A DNA stretch of 64,000 nucleotides, taken from NCBI GenBank assembly GCA_964016885.1, contig OZ024744.1, forward strand, positions 24,118,001 to 24,182,000, in the 5' to 3' direction. The DNA comes from Eledone cirrhosa (Eukaryota). Numbering within the stretch: the stretch's first letter is position 1; the number at the start of each line of letters is the position of its first letter. A program made the translations under genes and the position numbers. A model generated the notes under the pieces. It saw only the letters and a program-made list of their open reading frames with translations, did not search any database and was not told where the DNA came from. Positions 11,211 through 26,700 of the stretch are shown piece after piece.

Positions 11211-14200
11211 TTGAATCTTCAAATAAAATTCGTTTTAACAACAGTTGAATCTAAAGAACTGACTCGTTTTAACAACAGTTGAATCTTATGATAAAACTCA
11301 TTTTAACAACAGTTGAATCTTAAGATAAAACTCGTTTTAACAACAGTTGAATCTTAAGCACTGTGTCGTTTTAACAACATTTGAATCTTAAGATAAAACT
11401 CGTTTTAACAACAGTTGAATCTTAAGAACTGACTCGTTTTAACAACAGTTGAATCTTAAGAACTGACTCGTTTTAACAACAGTTGAATCTTAAGATAAGA
11501 CTCGTTTTAACAACAGTTGAATCTTAAGAACTGACTCGTTTTATCAACATTTCAACCTTAAGAACTGACTCGTTTTAACAACAGATGAATCTTCAAATAA
11601 AACTCGTTTTAACAACAGTTGAATCTTAAGAACTGACTCGTTTTAACAACAGTTGAATCTTAAGAACTGATTCGTTTTAACAACAGTTCAAACTTAAGAA
11701 CTGACTCGTATTAACAACAGTTGAATCTTATTATAAAACTCATTTTAACAACAGTTGAATCTTAAGAACTGATTCGTTTTAACAACAGATGAATCTTAAG
11801 ATAAACCTCGTTTTAACAACAGTTGCATCTTAGGAACTGGCTCGTTTAAACAACAGTTGAATCCTAAGATAAAACACGTTTTAACAACAGTTGAATCTTA
11901 AGAACTGACTCGTTTTAACAACAGTTGAATCTTAAGATAAACTCGTTTTAACAACAGTTGAATCTTAAGAAATGACTCGTTTTAACAACAGCTGAATCTT
12001 AAGATAAACCTCGTATTAACAACAGTTGAATCTTAAGAACTGACTCGTTTTATCAACAGTTCAACCTTAAGAACTGACTCGTTTTAACAACAGTTGAATC
12101 TTAAGAACTGATTCGTTTTAACAACAGTTCAAACTTAAGAACTGACTCGTATTAACAACTGTTGAATCTTATTATAAAACTCATTTTAACAACAGTTGAA
12201 TCTTAAGAACTGATTCGTTTTAACAACAGATGAATCTTAAGATAAACCTCGTTTTAAAAACAGTTGCATCTTAAGAACTGGCTCGTTTAAACAACAGTTG
12301 AATCTTAAGATAAAACTCGTTTTAACAACAGTTGAATCTTAACATAAAATTCGTTTTAACAATAGTTGAATGTTAAGAACTCTTTCGTTTTAACAACAGT
12401 GCAAACTTAAGAGCTGACTCGTTTTAACAACAGTTGAATCTTATGATAAAACTCATTTTAACAACAGTTGAATCTTAAGATAAAACTCGTTTTAACAACA
12501 GTTGAATCTTAAGCACTGTCTCGTTTTAACAACAGTTGAATCTTAAGATAAAACTCGTTTTAACAACAGTTGAATCTTAAGAACTGATTCGTTTTAACAA
12601 CAGCTGAATCTTAAGTTAAACTCGTTTTAACAACAGTTGAATCTTAAGATAAAACTGGTTTTAACAACAGTTGTATCTTAAGAACTGATTCGTTTTAACA
12701 ACAGATGAATCTTAAGATAATCCTCGTTTTAACAACAGTTGCATCTTGAGAACTGGCTCGTTTAAACAACAGTTGAATCTTAAGATAAAACTCGTTTTAA
12801 CAACAGTTGAATCTTAAGAACTGACTCGTTTTAACAACAGTTGAATCTTAAGATAAAACTCGTTTTAACAACAGTTGAATCTTAAGAACTGACTCATTTT
12901 AACAACAGTTGAATCTTAAGATAAATCTCGTTTTAACAACAGCTGAATCTTAAGATTAAACTCGTTTTAACAACAGTTGAATCTTAAGACAAAACCCGTT
13001 TTAACAACAGTTGAATCTTAAGAACTGTCTCGTTTTAACGACAGTTGAATCTTAAGAACTGACTCGTTTTAACAACAGCTGAATCTTAAGATTAAACTCG
13101 TTTTAACAACAGTTGAATCTTAAGACAAAACCCGTTTTAACAACAGTTTAATCTTAAGAACTGACTCGTTTTAACAACAGTTGAATCTTAAGATAAAATT
13201 CGTTTTAACAACAGTTGAATCTTAAGAACTGACTCGTTTTATAAACAGTTCAACTTTAAGAACTGACTCATTTTAACAACTGTTGAATCTTCAAATAAAA
13301 CTCGTTTTAACAACAGTTGAATATTAAGAACTGACTCGTTTTATAAACAGTTCAACTTTAAGAACTGACTCGTTTTAACAGCAGTTGAATCTTAATCTAA
13401 AACTCGTTTTAATAACAGTTGAAGCTTAAGATAAAACTCGTTTTAACAACAGTTGAATATTAAGAACTTACTCGTGTTAACAACAGGTGAATTTTAAGAT
13501 AAAACTCGTTTTAACAACAGTTGAATCTTAAGAACTGACTCGTTTTATCAACAGTTCAACCTTAAGAACTGACTCATTTTAACAAAAGTTGAATCTTCAA
13601 ATAAAACTCGTTTTAACAACAGTTGAATGTTAAGAACTGATTCGTTTTAACAACAGTTGAATCTTAAGAACTGTCTCGTTTTAACGACAGTTGAATCTTA
13701 AGATAAACCTCGTTTTAACAACAGTTTAATCTTAAGAACTGACTCGTTTTAACAACAGTTGAATCTTAAGATAAAACTCGTTTTAACAACAGTTGAATCT
13801 TAAGATAAAACTCGTTTTAACAACAGTTGAATCTTAAGAACTGACTCGTTTTAATAACAGTTGAATCTTAAGATAAAACTCGTTTTAACAACAGTTGAAT
13901 CTTAAGAACTGACTCGTTTTAACAACAGCTGAAGTTTAAGATAAAACTCGTTTTAACAACAGTTGAATCTTAAGAACTGACTCGTTTTATCAACAGTTCA
14001 ACCTTAAGAACTGACTCATTTTAACAAAAGTTGAATCTTCAAATAAAACTCGTTTTAACAACAGTTGAATGTTAAGAACTGATTCGTTTTAACAACAGCT
14101 GAATCTTAAGATAAACTCGTTTTAACAACAGTTGAATCTTAAGATAAACCTCGTTTTAACAACAGTTTAATCTTAAGAACTGACTCGTTTTAACAACAGT

Positions 14201-17200
14201 TGAATCTTAAGATAAAATTCGTTTTAACAACAGTTGCATCTTAAGAACTGACTCGTTTTAACAACAGTTGAATCTTAAGATAAAACTCGTTTTAACAACA
14301 GTTGAATCTTAAGAACTGTCTCGTTTTAACAACAGTTGAATCTTAAGAACTGACTCGTTTTAACAACAGTTGAATCTTATGATAAAACTCATTTTAACAA
14401 CAGTTGAATCTTAAGAACTAACTCGTTTTAACAACAGTTGAATCTTAAGAACTGACTCGTTTTAACAACAGTTGAATCTTAAGAACTGACTCGATTTATA
14501 AACAGTTCAACCTTAAGAACTGACTCGTTTTAACAACAGTTGAATCTTCAAATAAAACTCGTTTTAACAACAGTTGAATATTAAGAACTGACTCGTTTTA
14601 ACAGTAGTTGAATCTTAATATAAAACTCGTTTTAACAACAGTTGAATCTTTAGATAAACCTCGTTTTAACAACAGTTTAATCTTAAGAACTGACTCGTTT
14701 TAACAACAGTTGAACCTTATATAACATTCGTTTTAACAACAGTTGAATCTTAAGAACTGATTCGTTTTAACAACAGTTCAAACTTAAGAACTGACTCGTT
14801 TTAACAACAGCTGAATCTTAAGATGAAACTCGTTTTAACAACAGTTGAATCTTAAGAACTGACTCGTTTTAACAACAGATGAATCTTAAGATAAACCTCG
14901 TTTTAACAACAGTTGAATCTTAAGAACTGATTCGTTTTAACAACAGCTGAATCTTAAGATAAACTCATTTTAACAACAGCTGAATCTTAAGATAAAACTC
15001 GTTTTAACAACAGTTGAATCTTAAGAACTGATTCGTTTTAACAACAGATGAATCTTGAGATAAAACTCGTTTTAACAACAGTTGCATCTTAAGAACTGGC
15101 TCGTTTAAACAACAGTTGAATCTTAAGGTAAAACTCGTTTTAACAACAGTTGAATCTTAAGAACTGACTCGTTTTAACAACAGTTAAATCTTAAGATAAA
15201 ACTCGTTTTAACAACAGTTGAATCTTAAGAACTGACTCGTTTTATCAACAGTTCAACCTTAAGAACTGACTGGTTTTAACAACAGTTGAATCTACAAATA
15301 AAACTCGTTTTAACAACAGTTGAATCTAAAGAACTGACTCGTTTTAACAACAGTTGAATCTTATTATAAAACTCATTTTAACAACAGTTGAATCTTAAGA
15401 ACTGATTCGTTTTAACAACAGATGAATCTTAAGATAAACCTCGTTTTAACAACAGTTGCATCTTAAGAACTGGCTCGTTTAAACAACAGTTGAATCTTAA
15501 GATAAAACTCGTTTTAACAACAGTTGAATCTTAAGATAAACTCGTTTTAACAACAGTTGAATCTTAAGAACTGACTCGTTTTAACAACAGCTGAATCTTT
15601 AGATAAAACTCGTATTAACAACAGTTGAATCTTAAGAACTGACTCGTTTTATCAACAGTTCAACCTTAAGAACTGACTCGTTTTAACAACAGTTGAATCT
15701 TCAAATAAAACTCGTTTTAACAACAGTTGAATCTTAAGAACTGACTCGTTTTAACAACAGTTGAATGTTATGATAAAACTCGTTTTAACAACAGTTGAAT
15801 CTTAAGAACTGACTCTTTTTAACAACAGTTGAATCTTAAGATAATACTCGTTTTAACAACAGTTGAATTTTAAGATAAAATTCGTTTTAACAATAGTTGA
15901 ATGTTAAGAACTCTTTCGTTTTAACAACAGTGCAAACTTAAGAGCTGACTCGTTTTAACAACAGCTGAATCTTATGATAAAACTCATTTTAACAACAGTT
16001 GAATCTTAAGATAAAACTCGTTTTACCAACAGTTGAATCTTAAGCACTGTCTCGTTTTAACAACAGTTGAATCTTAAGATAAAACTCGTTTTAACAACAG
16101 TTGAATCTTAAGAACTAACTCGTTTTAACAACAGTTGAATCTTTTGATAAAACCCATTTTAACAACAGTTGAATCTTAAGATTAAACTCGTTTTAACAAT
16201 AGTTGAATCTTAAGAACTGACTCGTTTTAACAACAGTTGAATCTTAAGAACTGACTCGTTTTATCAACATTTCAACCTTAAGAACTGACTCGTTTTAACA
16301 ACAGTTGAATCTTCAAATAAAACTCGTTTTAACAACAGTTGAAACTTAAGAACTGACTCGTTTTAACAACAGTTGAATCTTATGATAAAACTCATTTTAA
16401 CAACAGTTGAATCTTAAGATAAAACTCGTTTTAACAACAGTTGAATCTTAAGCACTGTCTCGTTTTAACAACATTTGAATCTTAAGATAAAACTCGTTTT
16501 AACAACAGTTGAATCTTAAGAACTGACTCGTTTTAACAACAGTTGAATCTTAAGAACTGACTCGTTTTAACAACAGTTGAATCTTAAGATAAGACTCGTT
16601 TTAACAACAGTTGAATCTTAAGAACTGACTCGTTTTATCAACATTTCAACCTTAAGAACTGACTCGTTTTAACAACAGATGAATCTTCAAATAAAACTCG
16701 TTTTAACAACAGTTGAATCTTAAGAACTGACTCGTTTTAACAACAGTTGAATCTTAAGAACTGATTCGTTTTAACAACAGTTCAAACTTAAGAACTGACT
16801 CGTATTAACAACAGTTGAATCTTATTATAAAACTCATTTTAACAACAGTTGAATCTTAAGAACTGATTCGTTTTAACAACAGATGAATCTTAAGATAAAC
16901 CTCGTTTTAACAACAGTTGCATCTTAGGAACTGGCTCGTTTAAACAACAGTTGAATCCTAAGATAAAACACGTTTTAACAACAGTTGAATCTTAAGAACT
17001 GACTCGTTTTAACAACAGTTGAATCTTAAGATAAACTCGTTTTAACAACAGTTGAATCTTAAGAACTGACTCGTTTTAACAACAGCTGAATCTTAAGATA
17101 AACCTCGTATTAACAACAGTTGAATCTTAAGAACTGACTCGTTTTATCAACAGTTCAACCTTAAGAACTGACTCGTTTTAACAACAGTTGAATCTTAAGA

Positions 17201-20200
17201 ACTGATTCGTTTTAACAACAGTTCAAACTTAAGAACTGACTCGTATTAACAACAGTTGAATCTTATTATAAAACTCATTTTAACAACAGTTGAATCTTAA
17301 GAACTGATTCGTTTTAACAACAGATGAATCTTAAGATAAACCTCGTTTTAAAAACAGTTGCATCTTAAGAACTGGCTCGTTTAAACAACAGTTGAATCTT
17401 AAGATAAAACTCGTTTTAACAACAGTTGAATCTTAACATAAAATTCGTTTTAACAATAGTTGAATGTTAAGAACTCTTTCGTTTTAACAACAGTGCAAAC
17501 TTAAGAGCTGACTCGTTTTAACAACAGTTGAATCTTATGATAAAACTCATTTTAACAACAGTTGAATCTTAAGATAAAACTCGTTTTAACAACAGTTGAA
17601 TCTTAAGCACTGTCTCGTTTTAACAACAGTTGAATCTTAAGATAAAACTCGTTTTAACAACAGTTGAATCTTAAGAACTGATTCGTTTTAACAACAGCTG
17701 AATCTTAAGATAAACTCGTTTTAACAACAGATGAATCTTAAGATAAAACTGGTTTTAACAACAGTTGTATCTTAAGAACTGATTCGTTTTAACAACAGAT
17801 GAATCTTAAGATAATCCTCGTTTTAACAACAGTTGCATCTTGAGAACTGGCTCGTTTAAACAACAGTTGAATCTTAAGATAAAACTCGTTTTAACAACAG
17901 TTGAATCTTATGAACTGACTCGTTTTAACAACAGTTGAATCTTAAGATAAAACTCGTTTTAACAACAGTTGAATCTTAAGAACTGACTCATTTTAACAAC
18001 AGTTGAATCTTAAGATAAATCTCGTTTTAACAACAGCTGAATCTTAAGATTAAACTCGTTTTAACAACAGTTGAATCTTAAGACAAAACCCGTTTTAACA
18101 ACAGTTGAATCTTAAGAACTGTCTCGTTTTAACGACAGTTGAATCTTAAGAACTGACTCGTTTTAACAACAGCTGAATCTTAAGATTAAACTCGTTTTAA
18201 CAACAGTTGAATCTTAAGACAAAACCCGTTTTAACAACAGTTTAATCTTAAGAACTGACTCGTTTTAACAACAGTTGAATCTTAAGATAAAATTCGTTTT
18301 AACAACAGTTGAATCTTAAGAACTGACTCGTTTTATAAACAGTTCAACTTTAAGAACTGACTCGTTTTAACAACTGTTGAATCTTCAAATAAAACTCGTT
18401 TTAACAACAGTTGAATATTAAGAACTGACTCGTTTTATAAACAGTTCAACTTTAAGAACTGACTCGTTTTAACAGCAGTTGAATCTTAATCTAAAACTCG
18501 TTTTAATAACAGTTGAAGCTTAAGATAAAACTCGTTTTAACAACAGTTGAATATTAAGAACTTACTCGTGTTAACAACAGGTGAATTTTAAGATAAAACT
18601 CGTTTTAACAACAGTTGAATCTTAAGAACTGACTCGTTTTATCAACAGTTCAACCTTAAGAACTGACTCATTTTAACAAAAGTTGAATCTTCAAATAAAA
18701 CTCGTTTTAACAACAGTTGAATGTTAAGAACTGATTCGTTTTAACAACAGTTGAATCTTAAGAACTGTCTCGTTTTAACGACAGTTGAATCTTAAGATAA
18801 ACCTCGTTTTAACAACAGTTTAATCTTAAGAACTGACTCGTTTTAACAACAGTTGAATCTTAAGATAAAACTCGTTTTAACAACAGTTGAATCTTAAGAT
18901 AAAACTCGTTTTAACAACAGTTGAATCTTAAGAACTGACTCGTTTTAATAACAGTTGAATCTTAAGATAAAACTCGTTTTAACAACAGTTGAATCTTAAG
19001 AACTGACTCGTTTTAACAACAGCTGAAGTTTAAGATGAAACTCGTTTTAACAACAGTTGAATCTTAAGAACTGACTCGTTTTATCAACAGTTCAACCTTA
19101 AGAACTGACTCATTTTAACAAAAGTTGAATCTTCAAATAAAACTCGTTTTAACAACAGTTGAATGTTAAGAACTGATTCGTTTTAACAACAGCTGAATCT
19201 TAAGATAAACTCGTTTTAACAACAGTTGAATTTTAAGATAAACCTCGTTTTAACAACAGTTTAATCTTAAGAACTGACTCGTTTTAACAACAGTTGAATC
19301 TTAAGATAAAATTCGTTTTAACAACAGTTGCATCTTAAGAACTGACTCGTTTTAACAACAGTTGAATCTTAAGATAAAACTCGTTTTAACAAGAGTTGAA
19401 TCTTAAGAACTGTCTCGTTTTAACAACAGTTGAATCTTAAGAACTGACTCGTTTTAACAACAGTTGAATCTTATGATAAAACTCATTTTAACAACAGTTG
19501 AATCTTAAGAACTAACTCGTTTTAACAACAGTTGAATCTTAAGAACTGACTCGTTTTAACAACAGTTGAATCTTAAGAACTGACTCGATTTATAAACAGT
19601 TCAACCTTAAGAACTGACTCGTTTTAACAACAGTTGAATCTTCAAATAAAACTCGTTTTAACAACAGTTGAATATTAAGAACTGACTCGTTTTAACAGTA
19701 GTTGAATCTTAATATAAAACTCGTTTTAACAACAGTTGAATCTTTAGATAAACCTCGTTTTAACAACAGTTTAATCTTAAGAACTGACTCGTTTTAACAA
19801 CAGTTGAACCTTATATAACATTCGTTTTAACAACAGTTGAATCTTAAGAACTGATTCGTTTTAACAACAGTTCAAACTTAAGAACTGACTCGTTTTAACA
19901 ACAGCTGAATCTTAAGATGAAACTCGTTTTAACAACAGTTGAATCTTAAGAACTGACTCGTTTTAACAACAGATGAATCTTAAGATAAACCTCGTTTTAA
20001 CAACAGTTGAATCTTAAGAACTGATTCGTTTTAACAACAGCTGAATCTTAAGATAAACTCATTTTAACAACAGCTGAATCTTAAGATAAAACTCGTTTTA
20101 ACAACAGTTGAATCTTAAGAACTGATTCGTTTTAACAACAGATGAATCTTGAGATAAAACTCGTTTTAACAACAGTTGCATCTTAAGAACTGGCTCGTTT

Positions 20201-20437
20201 AAACAACAGTTGAATCTTAAGGTAAAACTCGTTTTAACAACAGTTGAATCTTAAGAACTGACTCGTTTTAACAACAGTTAAATCTTAAGATAAAACTCGT
20301 TTTAACAACAGTTGAATCTTAAGAACTGACTCGTTTTATCAACAGTTCAACCTTAAGAACTGACTGGTTTTAACAACAGTTGAATCTACAAATAAAACTC
20401 GTTTTAACAACAGTTGAATCTAAAGAACTGACTCGTT
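10250..20437. repeat. Tandem block duplication, 2 x 5094 bp (150 monomers less 6 bp)
   Basis: Markers at offset 5094: TTATTATA 10267/15361, TCCTAAGAT 11862/16956, AACATAAAAT 12341/17435, TCTACAAATA 15291/20385. Several copy-specific substitutions are present. Confidence 0.93.
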
Positions 20438-23400
20438 TTAACAACAGTTGAATCTTAAAATAAAACTCGTTTTAACAACAGTTGAATCTTAAGAACTGAC
20501 TCATTTTAACAACAGTTGAATCTTAAGATAAAACTCGTTTTAACAACAGCTGAATCTTAAGATTAAACTCGTTTTAACAACACTTGAATCTTAAGACAAA
20601 ACCCGTTTTAACAACAGTTGAATCTTAAGAACTGTCTCGTTTTAACGACAGTTGAATCTTAAGAACTGACTCATTTTAACAACAGTTGAATCTTCAAATA
20701 AAACTCGTTTTAACAACAGTTGTATCTTAAGAACTGATTCGTTTTAACAACAGCTGAATCTTAAGATAAACTCGTTTTAACAACAGTTGAATCTTAAGAT
20801 AAAACTCGTTTTAACTACAGTTGAATCTTAAGAACTGACTCGTTTTAACAACAGCTGAATCTTAAGATAAAACTCGTTTTAACAACAGTTGAATCTTAAG
20901 AACTGATTCGTTTTAACAACAGATGAATCTTAAGATAAACCTCGTTTTATCAACAGTTGCATCTTAAGAACTGGCTCGTTGAAACAACAGTTGAATTTTA
21001 AGATAAAACTCGTTTTAACAACAGTTGAATCTTAAGAACTGACTCGTTTTATCAACAGTTCAACCTTAAGAACTGACTCATTTTAACAACAGTTGAATCT
21101 TCAAATAAAACTCGTATTAACAACAGTTGAATCTTAAGAACTGACTCGTTTTATCAACAGTTCAACCTTAAGAACTGACTCGTTTTATAAACAGTTCAAC
21201 TTTAAGAACTGACTCGTTTTAACAACAGTTGAATCTTCAAATAAAACTCGTTTTAACAACAGTTGAATCTAAAGAACTGACTCGTTTTAACAACAGTTGA
21301 ATCTTAAGATAAAACTCGTTTTAACAACAGTTGAATCTTAAGAACTGACTCATTTTAACAACAGTTGAATCTTAATATAAAACTCGTTTTAACAACAGCT
21401 GAATCTTAAGAACTGTCTCGTTTTAACGACAGTTGAATCTTAAGAACTGACTCGTTTTAACAACAGCTGAAGTTTAAGATAAAACTTGTTTTAACAACAG
21501 TTGAATCTTAAGAACTGACTCGTTTTATCAACAGTTCAACCTTAAGAACTGACTCATTTTAACAAAAGTTGAATCTTCAAATAAAACTCGTTTTAACAAC
21601 AGTTGAATGTTAAGAACTGATTCGTTTTAACAACAGCTGAATCTTAAGATAAACTCGTTTTAACAACAGTTGAATCTTAAGATAAACCTCGTTTTAACAA
21701 CAGTTTAATCTTAAGAACTGACTCGTTTTAACAACAGTTGAATCTTAAGATAAAATTCGTTTTAACAACAGTTGCATCTTAAGAACTGACTCGTTTTAAC
21801 AACAGTTGAATCTTAAGATAAAACTCGTTTTAACAACAGTTGAATCTTAAGAACTGTCTCGTTTTAACAACAGTTGAATCTTAAGAACTGACTCGTTTTA
21901 ACAACAGTTGAATCTTATGATAAAACTCATTTTAACAACAGTTGAATCTTAAGAACTAACTCGTTTTAACAACAGTTGAATCTTAAGAACTGACTCGTTT
22001 TAACAACAGTTGAATCTTAAGAACTGACTCGTTTTATAAACAGTTCAACCTTAAGAACTGACTCGTTTTAACAACAGTTGAATCTTCAAATAAAACTCGT
22101 TTTAACAACAGTTGAATATTAAGAACTGACTCGTTTTAACAGTAGTTGAATCTTAATATAAAACTCGTTTTAACAACAGTTGAATCTTTAGATAAACCTC
22201 GTTTTAACAACAGTTTAATCTTAAGAACTGACTCGTTTTAACAACAGTTGAACCTTATATAACATTCGTTTTAACAACAGTTGAATCTTAAGAACTGATT
22301 CGTTTTAACAACAGTTCAAACTTAAGAACTGACTCGTTTTAACAACAGCTGAATCTTAAGATGAAACTCGTTTTAACAACAGTTGAATCTTAAGAACTGA
22401 CTCGTTTTAACAACAGATGAATCTTAAGATAAACCTCGTTTTAACAACAGTTGAATCTTAAGAACTGATTCGTTTTAACAACAGCTGAATCTTAAGATAA
22501 TCTCATTTTAACAACAGCTGAATCTTAAGATAAAACTCGTTTTAACAACAGTTGAATCTTAAGAACTGATTCGTTTTAACAACAGATGAATCTTAAGATA
22601 AAACTCGTTTTAACAACAGTTGCATCTTAAGAACTGGCTCGTTTAAACAACAGTTGAATCTTAAGGTAAAACTCGTTTTAACAACAGTTGAATCTTAAGA
22701 ACTGACTCGTTTTAACAACAGTTAAATCTTAAGATAAAACTCGTTTTAACAACAGTTGAATCTTAAGAACTGACTCGTTTTATCAACAGTTCAACCTTAA
22801 GAACTGATTGGTTTTAACAACAGTTGAATCTACAAATAAAACTCGTTTTAACAACAGTTGAATCTAAAGAACTGACTCGTTTTAACAACAGTTGAATCTT
22901 AAAATAAAACTCGTTTTAACAACAGTTGAATCTTAAGAACTGACTCATTTTAACAACAGTTGAATCTTAAGATAAAACTCGTTTTAACAACAGCTGAATC
23001 TTAAGATTAAACTCGTTTTAACAACAGTTGAATCTTAAGACAAAACCCGTTTTAACAACAGTTGAATCTTAAGAACTGTCTCGTTTTAACGACAGTTGAA
23101 TCTTAAGAACTGACTCATTTTAACAACAGTTGAATCTTCAAATAAAACTCGTTTTAACAACAGTTGGATCTTAAGAACTGATTCGTTTTAACAACAGCTG
23201 AATCTTAAGATAAACTCGTTTTAACAACAGTTGAATCTTAAGATAAAACTCGTTTTAACTACAGTTGAATCTTAAGAACTGACTCGTTTTAACAACAGCT
23301 GAATCTTAAGATAAAACTCGTTTTAACAACAGTTGAATCTTAAGAACTGATTCGTTTTAACAACAGATGAATCTTAAGATAAACCTCGTTTTATCAACAG

Positions 23401-23713
23401 TTGCATCTTAAGAACTGGCTCGTTGAAACAACAGTTGAATTTTAAGATAAAACTCGTTTTAACAACAGTTGAATCTTAAGAACTGACTCGTTTTATCAAC
23501 AGTTCAACCTTAAGAACTGACTCATTTTAACAACAGTTGAATCTTCAAATAAAACTCGTATTAACAACAGTTGAATCTTAAGAACTGACTCGTTTTATCA
23601 ACAGTTCAACCTTAAGAACTGACTCGTTTTAACAACAGTTGAATCTTCAAATAAAACTCGTTTTAACAACAGTTGAATCTAAAGAACTGACTCGTTTTAA
23701 CAACAGTTGAATC

Positions 23714-26700
23714 TTAAGATAAAACTCGTTTTAACAACAGTTGAATCTTAAGAACTGACTCATTTTAACAACAGTTGAATCTTAATATAAAACTCGTTTT
23801 AACAACAGCTGAATCTTAAGATTAAACTCGTTTTAACAACAGTTGAATCTTAAGACAAAACCCGTTTTAACAACAGTTGAATCTTAAGAACTGTCTCGTT
23901 TTAACGACAGTTGAATCTTAAGAACTGACTCGTTTTAACAACAGCTGAATCTTAAGATTAAACTCGTTTTAACAACAGTTGAATCTTAAGACAAAACCCG
24001 TTTTAACAACAGTTGAATCTTAAGAACTGTCTCGTTTTAACGACAGTTGAATCTTAAGAACTGACTCGTTTTAACAGCAGTTGAATCTTAATATAAAACT
24101 CGTTTTAACAACAGTTGAATATTAAGATAAAACTCGTTTTAACAACAGTTGAATCTTAAGAACTAACTCGTTTTAACAACAGTTGAATCTTAAGAACTAA
24201 CTCGTTTTAACAACAGTTGAATCTTAAGATAAAACTCGTTTTAACAACAGTTGAATCTTAAGAACTGACTCGTTTTAACAACAGCTGAATCTTAAGATAA
24301 AACTCGTATTAACAACAGTTGAATCTTAAGAACTGACACGTTTTATCAACAGTTCAACCTTAAGAACTGACTCGTTTTAACAACAGTTGAATCTTCAAAT
24401 AAAACTCGTTTTAACAACAGTTGAATCTAAAGAACTGACTCGTTTTAACAACAGTTGAATCTTAAGATAAAACTCGTTTTAACAACAGTTGAATCTTAAG
24501 AACTGACTCATTTTAACAACAGTTGAATCTTAAGATACAACTCGTTTTAACAACAGCTGAATCTTAAGATTAATCTCGTTTTAACAACAGTTGAATCTTA
24601 AGACAAAACCCGTTTTAACAACAGTTGAATCTTAAGAACTGTCTCGATTTAACGACAGTTGAATCTTAAGAACTGGCTCGTTTTAACAACAGCTGAATCT
24701 TAAGATTAAACTCGTTTTAACAACAGTTGAATCTTAAGACAAAACCCGTTTTAACAACAGTTGAATCTTAAGAACTGTCTCGTTTTAACAACAGTTGAAT
24801 CTTAAGATAAACCTCGTTCTAACAACAGTTTAATCTTAAAAACTGACTCGTTTTAACAACAGTTGAATCTTAAGATAAAATTCGTTTTAACAACAGTTGA
24901 ATCTTAAGAACTGATTCGTTTTAACAACAGTTCAAACTTAAGAACTGACTCGTTTTAACAACAGTTGAATCTTATGATAAAACTCATTTTAACAACAGTT
25001 GAATCTTAAGAACTGATTCGTTTTAACAACAGATGAATCTTAAGATAAACCTTGTTTTAACAACAGTTGAATCTTAAGAACTGTCTCGATTTAACGACAG
25101 TTGAATCTTAAGAACTGACTCGTTTTAACAACAGTTGAATCTTACGATAAAACTCGTTTTAACATCAGTTGAATCTTAAGAACTGACTAATTTTAACAAC
25201 AGCTGAATCTTAAGATAAAACTCGTTTTAACAACAGTTGAATCTTAAGAACTGACTCGTTTTAACAACAGTTGAATCTTATGATAAAACTCATTTTAACA
25301 ACAGTTGAATGTTAAGATAAAACTCGTTTTAACAACAGTTGAATCTTAAGAACTGACTCTTTTTAACAACAGTTGAATGTTAAGATAAAACTCGTTTTAA
25401 CAACAGTTGAATCTTAAGAACTGACTCGTTTTAACAACAGTTGAATCTTAAGAACTGACTCGTTTTAACAACAGTTGAATCTTATGATAAAACCCATTTT
25501 AACAACAGTTGAATCTTAAGATTAAACTCGTTTTAACAACAGTTGAATCTTAAGAACTAACTCGTTTTAACAACAGTTGAATCTTAAGATAAAACTCGTT
25601 TTAACAACAGTTGAATCTTAAGAACTGACTCGTTTTAACAACAGCTGAATCTTAAGATAAAACTCGTATTAACAACAGTTGAATCTTAAGAACTGACACG
25701 TTTTATCAACAGTTCAACCTTAAGAACTGACTCGTTTTAACAACAGTTAAATCTTCAAATAAAACTCGTTTTAACAACAGTTGAATCTAAAGAACTGACT
25801 CGTTTTAACAACAGTTGAATCTTAAGATAAAACTCGTTTTAACAACAGTTGAATCTTAAGAACTGACTCATTTTAACAACAGTTGAATCTTAAGATACAA
25901 CTCGTTTTAACAATAGCTGAATCTTAAGATTAATCTCGTTTTAACAACAGTTGAATCTTAAGACAAAACCCGTTTTAACAACAGCTGAATCTTAAGATAA
26001 AACTCGTATTAACAACAGTTGAATCTTAAGAACTGACTCGTTTTAACAACAGTTCAAACTTAAGAACTGACTCGTGTTAACAACAGCTGAATCTTAAGAT
26101 GAAACTCGTTTTAACAACAGTTGAATCTTAAGAACTGATTCGTTTTAACAACAGCTGAATCTTAAGATAAACTCGTTTTAACAACAGTTGAATCTTAAGA
26201 TAAAACTTGTTTTAACAACAGTTGTATCTTAAGAACTGATTCGTTTTAACAAAAGATGAATCTTAAGATAATCCTCGTTTTAACAACAGTTGCATCTTGA
26301 GAACTGGCTCGTTTAAACAACAGTTGAATCTTAAGATAAATCTCGTTTTAACAACAGCTGAATCTTAAGATTAAACTCGTTTTAACAACAGTTGAATCTT
26401 AAGACAAAACCCGTTTTAACAACAGTTGAATCTTAAGAACTGTCTCGTTTTAACGACAGTTGAATCTTAAGAACTGACTCGTTTTAACAACAGCTGAATC
26501 TTAAGATTAAACTCGTTTTAACAACAGTTGAATCTTAAGACAAAACCCGTTTTAACAACAGTTGAATCTTAAGAACTGTCTCGTTTTAACAACAGTTGAA
26601 TCTTAAGATAAACCTCGTTTTAACAACAGTTTAATCTTAAGAACTGACTCGTTTTAACAACAGTTGAATCTTAAGATAAAATTCGTTTTAACAACAGTTG

